Below, piece by piece: positions 29,807-39,535 of a stretch of DNA of 64,000 nt. Both the position numbers and the translations under genes were made by a program. The notes under the pieces were generated by a model. The model saw nothing but the letters and a program-made list of their open reading frames with translations, did no database searches and was not told the DNA's origin. How positions within the stretch are numbered: position 1 is the first letter of the stretch; each line of letters starts with the position of its first letter. Where the stretch lies: the NCBI GenBank assembly GCA_044226015.1, contig JBGAHS010000003.1:384001-448000 (forward strand). The letters are read 5' to 3'. Source of the stretch: Candidatus Obscuribacteraceae bacterium. Lineage in GTDB: Bacteria; Cyanobacteriota; Vampirovibrionia; Obscuribacterales; Obscuribacteraceae.

Positions 29807-30130
29807 AGCAGACAGCTCCAAGCAGACAGCTCCAAGCAGACAGCTCCAAGCAGACAGCTCCAAGCAGACAGCTCCAAGCAGCTTCCCAAAGATACAGAGA
29901 ACAGTAAAAGAACAGCTCCACACAGCTCAAAAAGATCCAAAAAGCTCAGAGAAACTTCAGAAAAAGTTCCAAAAAGATCCAATTGGCTCAGAGAAACTTC
30001 AGAAAAGGCTCCAAAAAGACCAGAAAATCTCAGAAAAACGTCAGAAAAAGCTCCAAAAAGCTCCAAAAAGCTCGAAGAGAAAAGTGCGAAGAGAAAAGTG
30101 CGAAGAGAAAAAAGTGCGAAGAGAAAAAAA
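29807..30130 (+). repeat. A-rich tandem repeat tract (14-bp x5, ~42-bp x3.5, 14-bp x3)
   Basis: agcagacagctcca x5 (29807-29876); caaaaagatcc..cagagaaacttcagaaaa..c units; gaagagaaaagtgc units. Confidence 0.85.
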
Positions 30131-30195
30131 TCCAGCCAGAGGGACGCTTCATGTGTTTTTCAACACACTGGGCAATCCGCTCTGGCTGGATTTGA

Positions 30196-30549
30196 CTACA
30201 TGATGTCTCTGACGGTGAAAGGCAACCGCACAGAATGCACTGAAGGTGAGCAGCCGTCGCGCGACTGGAACTTAATCCAGATATCGCCACAGCCAGCAGC
30301 ATTCGTCAGCGCAAGAGCCGCGATATAGGAGTTGGGAGGCTGTCCCGGAATGTTCATTCCGTAGTCAACCTTACCAGCAACTACAAAGCAGGCGGGCGGC
30401 ATCTCGATGCTGTTGAGCAAAGCGTTGCCCGTAGCAGCGAATGCCCGCACGAAGATGAGGTTCTGCCCCACTATCAGACTCAGGGAATCCGGCAACGTGT
30501 CGACATCAACAAACACGTTGCGCACGTCTGCTTTGATTGTTCTTGTCAT
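30196..30549 (-). CDS. Hypothetical beta-rich protein
   Basis: AGGAG RBS; co-oriented run. Confidence 0.6.
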   Translation of the reverse strand: MTRTIKADVRNVFVDVDTLPDSLSLIVGQNLIFVRAFAATGNALLNSIEMPPACFVVAGKVDYGMNIPGQPPNSYIAALALTNAAGCGDIWIKFQSRDGCSPSVHSVRLPFTVRDIM

Positions 30550-30611
30550 ACGCACACTCCTACCGCCATGAGGCAGAGAAGAGGGATGCGCGAACGCATC
30601 CCCTTCGCAGA

Positions 30612-30929
30612 TCAGGCGGCGTAAGCCAAGGCAGCAGGCGTGGTGTCAGACGCGTCAGCTTCCTTCGCAGGGGCTTCGTCGTCGGGCACTTGCGCAGCGC
30701 AACAGGCGGCAGCGCGAGTCAGGCGGATCGGCTCGACACCGCACGCCTTCAGCGGATTGATGCCCTTCAGGACGGCGCAGCTCGTGCAGTAGCCGCCCAG
30801 AAGCATCGGGGTCTTGCGCCCGCACTCGCTGTTCTTGCAGTGCGAGGTGACGTGGCCGAAACCAGTGACAGCCGTGCCACAGTGCATGGCATCGCCGGTC
30901 GGCAATTGAACTCCGAAAAGATTGATCAT
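30612..30929 (-). CDS. Small Cys-rich (putative Zn-binding) protein
   Basis: HC..HCKNSEC..YCTSC..C..CC; GGAG RBS. Confidence 0.6.
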   Translation of the reverse strand: MINLFGVQLPTGDAMHCGTAVTGFGHVTSHCKNSECGRKTPMLLGGYCTSCAVLKGINPLKACGVEPIRLTRAAACCAAQVPDDEAPAKEADASDTTPAALAYAA

Positions 30930-30998
30930 CGGTTTTCTCCAGACGCATAGCGTCATAAGGGTTAATGGAAAGCTCGCCTGAGAAAGGCGAGCTCAGAA

Positions 30999-31529
30999 TC
31001 AGCCGAGGGAGATCTTGTTCTTCCCGTCATCGGGCTGAACGAGTTCCTCCACACCGGACGAACGCTCAGCGAGCAGGTCATCGACCTGAACGCCGGGCAA
31101 CAGCGATTCCGCGCTGCGCGGCAGACGAGAACGGCGACTTCCCGCCGGAACCGTCTTGACGAAGAGGATGTGGTCGATAGACTCGGAGAGTCCCGACTTG
31201 GCGCTTTCGGTGGTGCCGATGATGATGCCGCCAGAGCTGCGCACATCTTCGGGACCGTCCGCACCAATCTTCTTCGGTTTCATGATGGCGAGCTTGAGGG
31301 CTTCGTCGCCATTGCTCACCAGGTCGGCAAACTTGAGCAAGCGCTCATCCGCGGTCAGCTTGTTGCCGAGCGCAGTGCGAACGCCGAGGGTCTCGGTGAT
31401 CTCAACGACAGTGTAGAGCTTGCCGTCGAACTCGTAGTTACGACCCTCAACAGGAACTCCGCAGGGGAAGTCATCGGGTTCCAGGCTGTAAATCTCACCA
31501 CCGACCGCTACAAGAATCAGAGTTTTCAT
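30999..31529 (-). CDS. Hypothetical protein
   Basis: AAGGAG RBS; codon bias like neighbouring genes. Confidence 0.65.
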   Translation of the reverse strand: MKTLILVAVGGEIYSLEPDDFPCGVPVEGRNYEFDGKLYTVVEITETLGVRTALGNKLTADERLLKFADLVSNGDEALKLAIMKPKKIGADGPEDVRSSGGIIIGTTESAKSGLSESIDHILFVKTVPAGSRRSRLPRSAESLLPGVQVDDLLAERSSGVEELVQPDDGKNKISLG

Positions 31530-31956
31530 AGAGTCTCCTTGTGTTCCGTTAGCAGAGAGATAAGTGGCCCAGGCATCACCAAATCAGCAAGCAGAAACAA
31601 CTCCACCCATCACTCCGAAGAATGTTGGCTTGGAACTGCTGTAGTGCGCGAATGTTTGTTGTTACGTGTTGCTGTGCTGGAATGGGTGAAAACTAGGACG
31701 CCAACAACCTAGTACACAGGGACACCAAGAATCAGAATTCGTAATTAAAAATCCCCACAGAACCGGAATATTAGCAAAAGAGAAAGTTCGCCCAATGCGC
31801 TGTCAAGATAAGCAATTGCAGCCGCTAACGAAGCCTATATGAGCGCTAGCTAAATCACACAGCTTAAGACAGTTCGCCTAGCGCAGCTTTGCATAACGGT
31901 TTGAAGGTATTGCGTTGAGATATACTGTACTGCCTATCACAGCTCAGGGAGTAGCC

Positions 31957-33405
31957 ATGCAGACCACGACACAAGAGGAAGAAAAGGGAAAAGACGCAGA
32001 ACGCGCAAAATGGTACACCGACACCATTCAGCAAAGTGAACTGGCGGATTACTCTCCAGTGAAAGGGTGCATGGTGATTCGACCTTACGGCTACGCGCTC
32101 TGGGAAAATATTCAGCGCCCGCTCGACCAGATGATCAAAGACACAGGTCATCAAAACGCCTATTTCCCGCTCTTCATCCCTGAGTCGTTTTTGCAAAAGG
32201 AAAAAGAGCACGTAGAAGGCTTCGCTCCCGAATGCGCAGTGGTCACGCACGGTGGCGGCAAAAAGCTCGAGGAGCCACTCATCGTTCGCCCGACTTCAGA
32301 AACGATTATCAACTACATGTTCGCAAAATGGGTTCAATCCTGGCGCGATCTTCCTCTTCTCATCAACCAGTGGGCAAATGTTGTTCGCTGGGAAATGAGA
32401 ACACGCTTATTTCTGCGCACAACAGAATTTCTCTGGCAAGAAGGACACACAGCTCACGCAACCGAAAAAGAGGCTGAGGAAGAAGCCGCAAAAATGCTCG
32501 AAGTTTACCGCGACCTGGCCGAAAACTGGCTTGCACTGCCTGTTGTAACCGGGCAAAAAACTGATAACGAGCGCTTCCGCGGTGCAGTCCGCACCTACTG
32601 TATCGAAGCTATGATGCGCGATGGCAAAGCGCTTCAGGCGGGCACCTCCCATTACCTCGGTCAGAATTTCGCCAAAGCGTTTAATATTCAATTCCAAAAC
32701 CCCGCCGGTGAGCTGGAATACGCCTACCAGACCAGCTGGGGCGTTTCGACAAGGCTTGTCGGCGCAGTCGTGATGGGACATGGCGACGATAAAGGTCTAA
32801 TTCTGCCACCAAAAATTGCTCCAATTCAGGTCGTCATAGTACCAATCTTCAAGAAAGACGAAGAGAAAGCCAAAGTGCTTGAGCGCTGCAACCAGATCTT
32901 CGCTGAACTTAAAGGCAGCGGCGTTCGTGTTCATCTCGATGATCGCGAACAACACACACCAGGCTTTAAATTCAATCACTGGGAAGTCCGCGGCGTTCCT
33001 GTCAGATTGAACATTGGACCAAAAGACGTGGACAAAAACGTTGTGGAAGTGGTGCGCAGAGACAACGGCGAAAAGATGCGCGATGTCACTCAGGAAGGAC
33101 TCTCTGGCACAATCTCTGATTTGTTGAAAACCGTTCAGCAGAGCATTTTTGATCGCGCACTTGCGCTTCGGCAAGCCAATACGACCACAGTTTCCAGCTA
33201 CGACGAGTTCAAATCAGTTCTCAAAGAAAAGAACTGTTTTATCGAAGTTTTCTTCGCCGGAAGCAGTGAAGACGAGCTGAAAATCAAAGAAGAAACGAAA
33301 GCGACTGTTAGAGCAATTCCTTTCAAGCAGGAAGGAAGCGAAGGCAAGTGCTTCTACACCGGACAAGCAACGAACACTAAAGTGCTTTTTGCCATCGCCT
33401 ACTAG
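31957..33405 (+). CDS. proS: Prolyl-tRNA synthetase (archaeal/eukaryotic-type, no INS domain)
   Basis: RPTSET, QWANVVRWEMRTRLFLRTTEFLWQEGHT, LQAGTSHYLGQNF, SWGVSTR, C-terminal ..AY. Confidence 0.97.
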   Translation: MQTTTQEEEKGKDAERAKWYTDTIQQSELADYSPVKGCMVIRPYGYALWENIQRPLDQMIKDTGHQNAYFPLFIPESFLQKEKEHVEGFAPECAVVTHGGGKKLEEPLIVRPTSETIINYMFAKWVQSWRDLPLLINQWANVVRWEMRTRLFLRTTEFLWQEGHTAHATEKEAEEEAAKMLEVYRDLAENWLALPVVTGQKTDNERFRGAVRTYCIEAMMRDGKALQAGTSHYLGQNFAKAFNIQFQNPAGELEYAYQTSWGVSTRLVGAVVMGHGDDKGLILPPKIAPIQVVIVPIFKKDEEKAKVLERCNQIFAELKGSGVRVHLDDREQHTPGFKFNHWEVRGVPVRLNIGPKDVDKNVVEVVRRDNGEKMRDVTQEGLSGTISDLLKTVQQSIFDRALALRQANTTTVSSYDEFKSVLKEKNCFIEVFFAGSSEDELKIKEETKATVRAIPFKQEGSEGKCFYTGQATNTKVLFAIAY

Positions 33406-33502
33406 GGTCAGAGAGTCCGCACAATACGCAGAAGGGCTTTATGGTGCTTAGTAGCACCGGCTGGGACAGGTTTGCTGGTCCTTGCAGATTGTGATGTTAA
33501 AT

Positions 33503-33900
33503 CGATACCGGTACCGTTTGAGTTCTTCAGCGAAAATCTTCGCTGTAATTGAAAACTCCACCGGTACCGATGGAGTTCCACGGTTTTTCTGCCAGCCAAG
33601 TGGACGAAGTTTTTTCCGAAAACTCCAGCAGCGGAGTTTTCATGTTTTTCTGCGCAATGGAACGCAATGATTTTCCTCAAAACTGAAGCGGTACCGGTGG
33701 GGTTCTCAGTTTTTTCTGCGCGCTGGGATGCGAAGATTTTCCTCAAAACTGAAGCGGTACCGGTGGGGTTCTCAGTTTTTTCTGCGCGCTGGGATGCGAA
33801 GATTTTCCTCAAAACTGAAGCGGTACCGGTGGAGTTCTCAGTTTTTTCTGCGCAGTGGGACGCGAAGATTTTCCTCAAAACTGAAGCGGTACCGGTATCG
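33503..33900. repeat. MITE/BIME-like element: imperfect ~40-bp terminal inverted repeats enclosing 66-bp tandem palindromic repeats
   Basis: Left end cgataccggtaccg..gaaaatcttcgc; right end gcgaagattttc..cggtaccggtatcg; 66-bp units start at 33669, 33735, 33801 and 33867. Confidence 0.8.
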
Positions 33901-34429
33901 CAAGATTCCAGTCTGAGATGCACTGCCCATCAGCTTGCGATATCGCACGGAAATATCTCAAGGTCGGCTTGTGTTGAGAACTCGCGTGAGCCTGCGGATG
34001 AATTAAACCGCTAAGTTAGCGAAAGCCAGTCGTGTGATTAACCCCTACTAAGCTTCACCTTCAGCTTTGCTTAAGGTGCAAATGCCTTGCGGCACAATGA
34101 CTTTCTCAGGGCTTGTGCGAGTCCCTGACTACCACCTTCATCACCCCTCACCCACAGACCTTGAAAACCAACAAGCCCAGGGAGTACTGTCTGGTGTCGC
34201 CGTTCACCCCCACCAGAACCCCAGGTCACCCTCCCAAGCCCATCCCTGGAAGAAACTTCAACTTAACTTACCTGCGCGTTGCAGGCCGGTTTGGTCTGGT
34301 ACTGGTGAACGAGTAGTTCTTCTTTCGTAAAACACTAAGACTCGACCTCTGCTTCTGCAACAGGAACTTCGGACCCGCGACATCCGAGGACATCCTGCGC
34401 AGCTGCATTGGAAGAAAGGAAAACACTGT

Positions 34430-36415
34430 ATGAATAACAGCAATGATTCTGTTTGGCTGCGCGCTTTGAAGGCGCTCGGCAACGGGGTTCTGACGCTTAT
34501 CGTCACGCCCTTCATGCTCTTGAATGAGCTTCGCCGCGAACTGAACAACACGGTTTATCAGAAAAACGACGGCTGGTTCCGCGCGATCATCGGCGGCATC
34601 CTCGCCTTCCTCGCGGCAGGCTACACTGGCTACCACCTCGGCTGGGTCTCGAACTGGTCCGCCTGGACCTGGGTTCCGTCCGGTGTCGGGGCTTGGTTCG
34701 CGACTTACTGTTACCTCTGGCCGCTCTTCTACCTCTTCCCCGTCAAACCAGCATTCAAGCTGGCTTCTCTGGGCTGGGACGGGCTCGAACGGGTGACCAA
34801 ACCTTATGCCGAACGCTTCTTCGGAGGCATCGTCAGCGCGCTGGGCAAAGTTCTGCCTGGCTCTGGCAACGCCTGGAAGAAGGTCAACGACAAAAAGGAG
34901 AATTGGGTCACCAAGATTGTCGGCGTCCTCTCGTACTTCGGCAGCGGCGCCACCGGCGTCTACGCTGGCTACAAGGTCTACGCCGTCATCGCTGCAGCCA
35001 GCAGCTCAGTGGTCTTTGGCACCACGGCTGGTGTCTTCTGCGGACTGCTTACCGCTCTGCTGTCCATCTCACTGTTCTGGCAGTGCATTGAGTACGGCAA
35101 GCTGAATTTCATCGCCATCGGGCTTGCAACGGGGCTTGACCTGATTTACCAACAGAAGGTGCTGGCTCTGGCTTCGCTGCTTCACGTCGAAGGCGCCTAT
35201 GTCTATGCACTGAATGCGGCGCTGCTGCTGACCTTCGTTGCCTATGTCTTCCCGCTTGCGCACCTCGCCCTGAGTGGAGGCTTCATCAAGTGGGTCATCG
35301 AGCAACTCAAGCCTATCAACAAAGAAACGTATGATGACCACGAGAAGGACTACGCCAAGTTCTTCCATAACGTCATGACCTTGTCCTTGACTGCTGTGGC
35401 TCTGTTCTACGCTGTCGGCTGGCTTGTTTCTGTGGGCATGCCTATCTGGGCGTTTACCGCGATGGCTGCTGTTCTGCTGCTTGTGTCGTATCTCTGGATC
35501 TATGAACTGCTCGACAATGGCGGCGGCAACTTCTTCCTGGGTGCAGGCATCTCTGTGTACGCTGGTTACAAGCTGGGCGCTTGCTACGTCGCCCTCGGTC
35601 TCACCGGTGGCTTGTGGATCGCCATCCCGCTGGGCATCGTCTCGGCTCTGCTCTTCGGTTACACGGCATTCCCCATCGCCTACGTCTTGCTCAAGCGCAC
35701 CAGCCTCAAAACTGGTCTGACTAAGACTGGCGTTGCGCTGGAGAAATTCCACACCAGCGTTGAGGAAAAGGCGAAGAAGGTCGCGGAAAAACTCTGGACG
35801 GTCTATGACAATAGCTACCGCGACCGCAGCGGCTATCAGGTCTGGTTCTGGCATGCTACCAACATCGCCATTGCCGTGCTGCTCGCCCTCAGCCTTCCCG
35901 TGCTCGGTGCTAAGGTACACATCGCCTGGCTCGCAACAGTGCTCTGCTCCATCACCGCACAAGTGGTGACTGGGCTGCTGTCCTACCTGCTGGTCGGAAA
36001 GTTCCTGCAGAAGAGCAACATCGGCAACGAGTTCCTCGGTGGCGTCAGCTCACTCGCGCTCGCGGTCTGGTTCTGCTCTGTGGCTGTGGCGACCGGCTCG
36101 TCCACTCTGGTGACAGTCCTCATCGGCTGCCTGGCTTGGGTAGTTGGCGTCGGGCTGCTCTTCCCCGCAGTGTACATTGCTTTCCGCTATCCCGCAAAGT
36201 ACGTGCTCGCCAGCTGGAGCACGAAGTTACTCGTCACTGTCTATGACTTCGCGTGGAGCTTGTTCTCAGTGGTTTGGGAACAAGTGCTTCGAGTCTACCG
36301 CGTCGTCGACAAAGCGCTGTTCGTTCCCTTGCGTGATGCCTTCATGGCAGCTATGCGGCGGGTGAATGACGCTTACAACTGGGTGCGCGACCGCATCATC
36401 GGTCGTCACGGCTAA
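34430..36415 (+). CDS. Large polytopic membrane protein with internal repeats
   Basis: Many TM segments; recurring YLWPLFY / YVFPLAH / TAFPIAY / LLFPAVY motif; AAGGA RBS. Confidence 0.8.
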   Translation: MNNSNDSVWLRALKALGNGVLTLIVTPFMLLNELRRELNNTVYQKNDGWFRAIIGGILAFLAAGYTGYHLGWVSNWSAWTWVPSGVGAWFATYCYLWPLFYLFPVKPAFKLASLGWDGLERVTKPYAERFFGGIVSALGKVLPGSGNAWKKVNDKKENWVTKIVGVLSYFGSGATGVYAGYKVYAVIAAASSSVVFGTTAGVFCGLLTALLSISLFWQCIEYGKLNFIAIGLATGLDLIYQQKVLALASLLHVEGAYVYALNAALLLTFVAYVFPLAHLALSGGFIKWVIEQLKPINKETYDDHEKDYAKFFHNVMTLSLTAVALFYAVGWLVSVGMPIWAFTAMAAVLLLVSYLWIYELLDNGGGNFFLGAGISVYAGYKLGACYVALGLTGGLWIAIPLGIVSALLFGYTAFPIAYVLLKRTSLKTGLTKTGVALEKFHTSVEEKAKKVAEKLWTVYDNSYRDRSGYQVWFWHATNIAIAVLLALSLPVLGAKVHIAWLATVLCSITAQVVTGLLSYLLVGKFLQKSNIGNEFLGGVSSLALAVWFCSVAVATGSSTLVTVLIGCLAWVVGVGLLFPAVYIAFRYPAKYVLASWSTKLLVTVYDFAWSLFSVVWEQVLRVYRVVDKALFVPLRDAFMAAMRRVNDAYNWVRDRIIGRHG

Positions 36416-36551
36416 GCAGTTGAATTGGATGGGCAGTGCGCAAGCACTGCCCGTCCAGGGCTAATGTATCTAGCAACAACGAAAGAGAGCGCAGCGCGTG
36501 CTGCGCTCTCACTCTGTTTTTCCACGAAGAATCTCCAATGGAGGAACTTGA

Positions 36552-37613
36552 ATGTACGATCGTTTGCTTACATATCCGCGCTTGCTCAAAACGAGCATCG
36601 CTCTGGCGCAAATCGCGCTTCTGGTGCTGAGCTACCGACTCTTCACTAACGGCTTCCACCTTGCCGAAGCAGGCACCGCCATCGGTATCAGTGTCTTCTG
36701 GCTGGGGCTGACCTGGGTGCGATTGAACGGACTGCTGCGCACCTATTACGACCACCTCTCTCGCATGCAAGTGGTCGTGCCAACGACCTGTGGCATCGCG
36801 CTTACGCTGGTGACGGCGTTTGCAGCATGCAAGCTTGAGATGCTTGGACTTGGATCTTTCGCCGCAGTTGTCTTTACCGGCTGGATGCTTGTTATTTACC
36901 GTTATCTCCAGAACAAGGCACTGTACAAGAAGCAAGGTCACGGTCCTGTACCGAAAGAAACCTGGGTCAATCCGGAGGCTGATGCTCTCCAGCCTGGCGA
37001 CCTGATTCTCACCAGCGGGCGCATGGCGGGTCGCCTGCACGACACTGTCGGACATGCCGAACTCGTGATCGCCGACGACAAGACCGGACATCTCCACACC
37101 ATAACCTCCTACATGGAGACCGGTGCGCGGATAAACCGACTCGACGTGGTGCTGCGGAAGTTGAAGCAGAAAGATGTTCACTACATCGCTCTTCGGCTGA
37201 AGACTCCGCTTACACCTGAGCAGAATTCACTCGCGGTAAAACTGGCTCAGCAGTATGTAGCAGCGAATGCAGCCTGGCGTGACCGAGCCAACGCCCGGCG
37301 TCAGCGCATCATCGCTTGCTTGCCGTTGCCTCGTGCTGCCAAAAACTGGCTGAGCAAGAAAACCCATGCCACCGGCTACGACTGGATGGGTTTGTTCATC
37401 GGTACCCGCGTGAAGAACCGCTGGACATGCATTGCCATCTGCATCGCCTGCCTGAAAGAGATAGGCGTACGCGTCAGCGACTACGGCACCGGCATGCTGG
37501 GCCTGGGCACCGGACTGCTCGACCCGATACAACCAGTGCGCCTGCTCGGTGACAAAGCATATCGACTCATCTCGCTCGACGACAAAGCGCGTTTTGAGAC
37601 GAAAAAGGACTGA
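36552..37613 (+). CDS. Membrane-anchored permuted NlpC/P60 (YiiX/YebB-like papain-fold) enzyme
   Basis: 4 TMs followed by LQPGDLIL, GHAELV (His), YDW, RWTCIAI (Cys after His, i.e. permuted order); GGAGG RBS. Confidence 0.7.
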   Translation: MYDRLLTYPRLLKTSIALAQIALLVLSYRLFTNGFHLAEAGTAIGISVFWLGLTWVRLNGLLRTYYDHLSRMQVVVPTTCGIALTLVTAFAACKLEMLGLGSFAAVVFTGWMLVIYRYLQNKALYKKQGHGPVPKETWVNPEADALQPGDLILTSGRMAGRLHDTVGHAELVIADDKTGHLHTITSYMETGARINRLDVVLRKLKQKDVHYIALRLKTPLTPEQNSLAVKLAQQYVAANAAWRDRANARRQRIIACLPLPRAAKNWLSKKTHATGYDWMGLFIGTRVKNRWTCIAICIACLKEIGVRVSDYGTGMLGLGTGLLDPIQPVRLLGDKAYRLISLDDKARFETKKD

Positions 37614-37703
37614 GCAACAAAACCCACAGGCGGGGTCCTCTTTCGAGGACTCCGCCGCCCTGTTTCTCAAGTTCACTTAACTCAATTCAAAGGAAATTAT
37701 TCT

Positions 37704-37949
37704 ATGACTGGTCACGAAGGAAACGTCTCCCCAATCTGGCTCTTTCTTCTCATTGGCGTCGGCATTCTCGGCGTCTGGGGACCGAAGAACACCACTTTGC
37801 GCTTCTGCTGCCTCGCCGCAGTCGGATTCATCACGCTGTTCACCACCGCCAGCGCTGGCGCCGCGACTGGCTCATTCGGAGCCTTCATCATCGCCGCCTG
37901 CTTCTTCGGCTACGTTGGCTACCTCCTCTTCCGCAGCCGGAAGAGCTAA
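37704..37949 (+). CDS. Small membrane protein
   Basis: 3 hydrophobic segments, AAGGA RBS. Confidence 0.65.
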   Translation: MTGHEGNVSPIWLFLLIGVGILGVWGPKNTTLRFCCLAAVGFITLFTTASAGAATGSFGAFIIAACFFGYVGYLLFRSRKS

Positions 37950-38167
37950 GCCCCCAGAAGGAAAAGCGAAAGCGGGCGGAGTTCTCTTTTGAGAGCTCCG
38001 TCCGCTGGGCTGGGCTTCATCAGCATGAGCAGCGAGTTCGCACAAGGGCACTGAGCAACAAACGTCCCCGAATGAGGGATAGCTGTGAAATGGAACTACA
38101 GCCGTTCCACGCGGAAAACTCCGCAGCAAGGCTGGAAAACTGAACAGCACCTCTCAGGGATTTGTTC

Positions 38168-38458
38168 ATGGAACAGTTCATCATCGGTATCTTTTTGGGC
38201 TTACTCATCACAGCGCTGACCACAGACTGGGCTCGCAACGAAACAAACGCTCGCTTCGAACACCGTGTTCTGGGCGAACTTGCCATCGTAACAGTCACAA
38301 TGTGGATGCTTCTGCTGGCTGATGTACTGCTGCCGGTGTACATGCTCTACGCGAGCTACATTCTGGTGCGAGCTGTCGCACTACAAGTCGAATCGATTTG
38401 GCGAAATAAGAAGCTTGAGGGCTGCCATCTCCATGCGATTCATCGCCGTTTGGGCTGA
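38168..38458 (+). CDS. Small membrane protein
   Basis: Hydrophobic ORF, AGGGA upstream. Confidence 0.55.
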   Translation: MEQFIIGIFLGLLITALTTDWARNETNARFEHRVLGELAIVTVTMWMLLLADVLLPVYMLYASYILVRAVALQVESIWRNKKLEGCHLHAIHRRLG

Positions 38459-38532
38459 AGGTAAGTGGCTAAAGAAGCAGTAACTCTGTCGACTTCATCC
38501 TCTCTACTTTCACACAAACAAGGAGAACAACC

Positions 38533-38628
38533 ATGTTAGGGGCAGCCATCCTGGGCCTGCTGCTTGCGATCATCCTCATCAAAAGCGATAAGCCGGGCAA
38601 TAACAACGACGATATCTACACCTTCTAG
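38533..38628 (+). CDS. 31-aa single-TM micro-protein (not in ORF track)
   Basis: AAGGAG RBS then MLGAAILGLLLAIILIKSDKPGNNNDDIYTF. Confidence 0.6.
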   Translation: MLGAAILGLLLAIILIKSDKPGNNNDDIYTF

Positions 38629-38724
38629 GTTGTAGGAACTCCAAACCTGAATTACATGCAGCATCAAAGAAGCGCGGTTTAGCGCTCGCTGCTTCAGACA
38701 TTTCAATTAACTCGGAGAACTAGA

Positions 38725-39222
38725 ATGAAACGCATTCTTTCCGTTGCGGCTCTTCTGCTCGTAAGCTACTTCGGCAGCTCTACCGTCCAAGCCGCGCCTC
38801 CCCATCACGGAGCTGGCGCTGGTGCGGGTGTCGCTGTCGGTCACAAGCACGTCGGGGCTGGCGTAGGTGTCGGCGTCGGTCACAAGCACGTCGGGGCTGG
38901 CGTCGGTGTCGGCGTCGGTCACAACCACGGTGCCGTGAACCTCGGCATCGGCTTCGGCATTGCCCGCGGTGGCATCAACCTGACGGTCGGCTCTGTCGGA
39001 TTCAATCAGCGTTACGTGATGGCCGGTCAAGCCTGGGTCAACGCGCCGTACATCTGGTACCAGTACGTGCCAGATCCGTTCACCGGCCGTGTTGTTCCCG
39101 TGCAACGCATCGGTTACACCCGCCGACTGGTCGTTCTGTACTACGACACCTGGCAAGGTGGCTACGGCTACTTTGACCAGTTCGGCAACCCGGTTCCATA
39201 CAACAACCGCTTGCCCTGGTAG
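38725..39222 (+). CDS. Secreted Gly/Val/His-repeat protein
   Basis: Signal peptide ending VQA; three GAG(V/A)GV(G/A)VGH(K/N)H units; aromatic-rich C-terminus; GGAG RBS. Confidence 0.75.
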   Translation: MKRILSVAALLLVSYFGSSTVQAAPPHHGAGAGAGVAVGHKHVGAGVGVGVGHKHVGAGVGVGVGHNHGAVNLGIGFGIARGGINLTVGSVGFNQRYVMAGQAWVNAPYIWYQYVPDPFTGRVVPVQRIGYTRRLVVLYYDTWQGGYGYFDQFGNPVPYNNRLPW

Positions 39223-39303
39223 TTGGTAGACAATGGCAAACTCACCTCAAACACACGCATATGACCGTTCGTTGTAGAGTTTGCTATTGCCAATCGCATT
39301 GCG

Positions 39304-39341
39304 GCGAAGGAGTCGGTTTAATACCGACTCCTTCGCTTTTT
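39304..39341 (+). terminator. Intrinsic terminator ending the 34.4-39.2 kb run
   Basis: gcgaaggagtcggt-ttaat-accgactccttcgc-ttttt. Confidence 0.8.
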
Positions 39342-39535
39342 CGATTCGCCCAGCTTCATTTTCCCACTCCTTTTGACCTTTTTGACCTTTTTTTGATCAC
39401 AAAAGCACCACCGGCAGTACCACGCCAAGCACCATATAGAATCAAAGTGCGGCAGCTACAATAACCATTGCTTACTTAAACTTAGAAATCAGCTTTTTGA
39501 CGTCTTGGCTCAATCATCAAGACAAAAATACACGC

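Noticed and set aside
29621..30328. 235-aa Lys/Ser-rich ORF and its antisense ORFs
   Set aside because: These translate an A-rich tandem repeat, the 14-bp unit cycles through frames, and the ORF overlaps a better-supported minus-strand gene
31957..33405. Archaeal/eukaryotic-type ProRS as a novelty
   Set aside because: This type is well known in many bacterial phyla
33669..33896. 66-bp repeats as a CRISPR array
   Set aside because: The units are contiguous and near-identical, with no unique spacers, and no cas genes are in the window
33408..34014. ORFs 33408-33923(-), 33667-34014(+) and 33728-33916(+)
   Set aside because: They are open only because the repeat period is divisible by 3; no RBS and no recognisable domain
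35069..37181. Long antisense ORFs (35069-35962, 36396-37181; likewise 14618-15328 and 16349-17101)
   Set aside because: Shadow ORFs of GC-rich genes that have RBSs and motifs on the opposite strand
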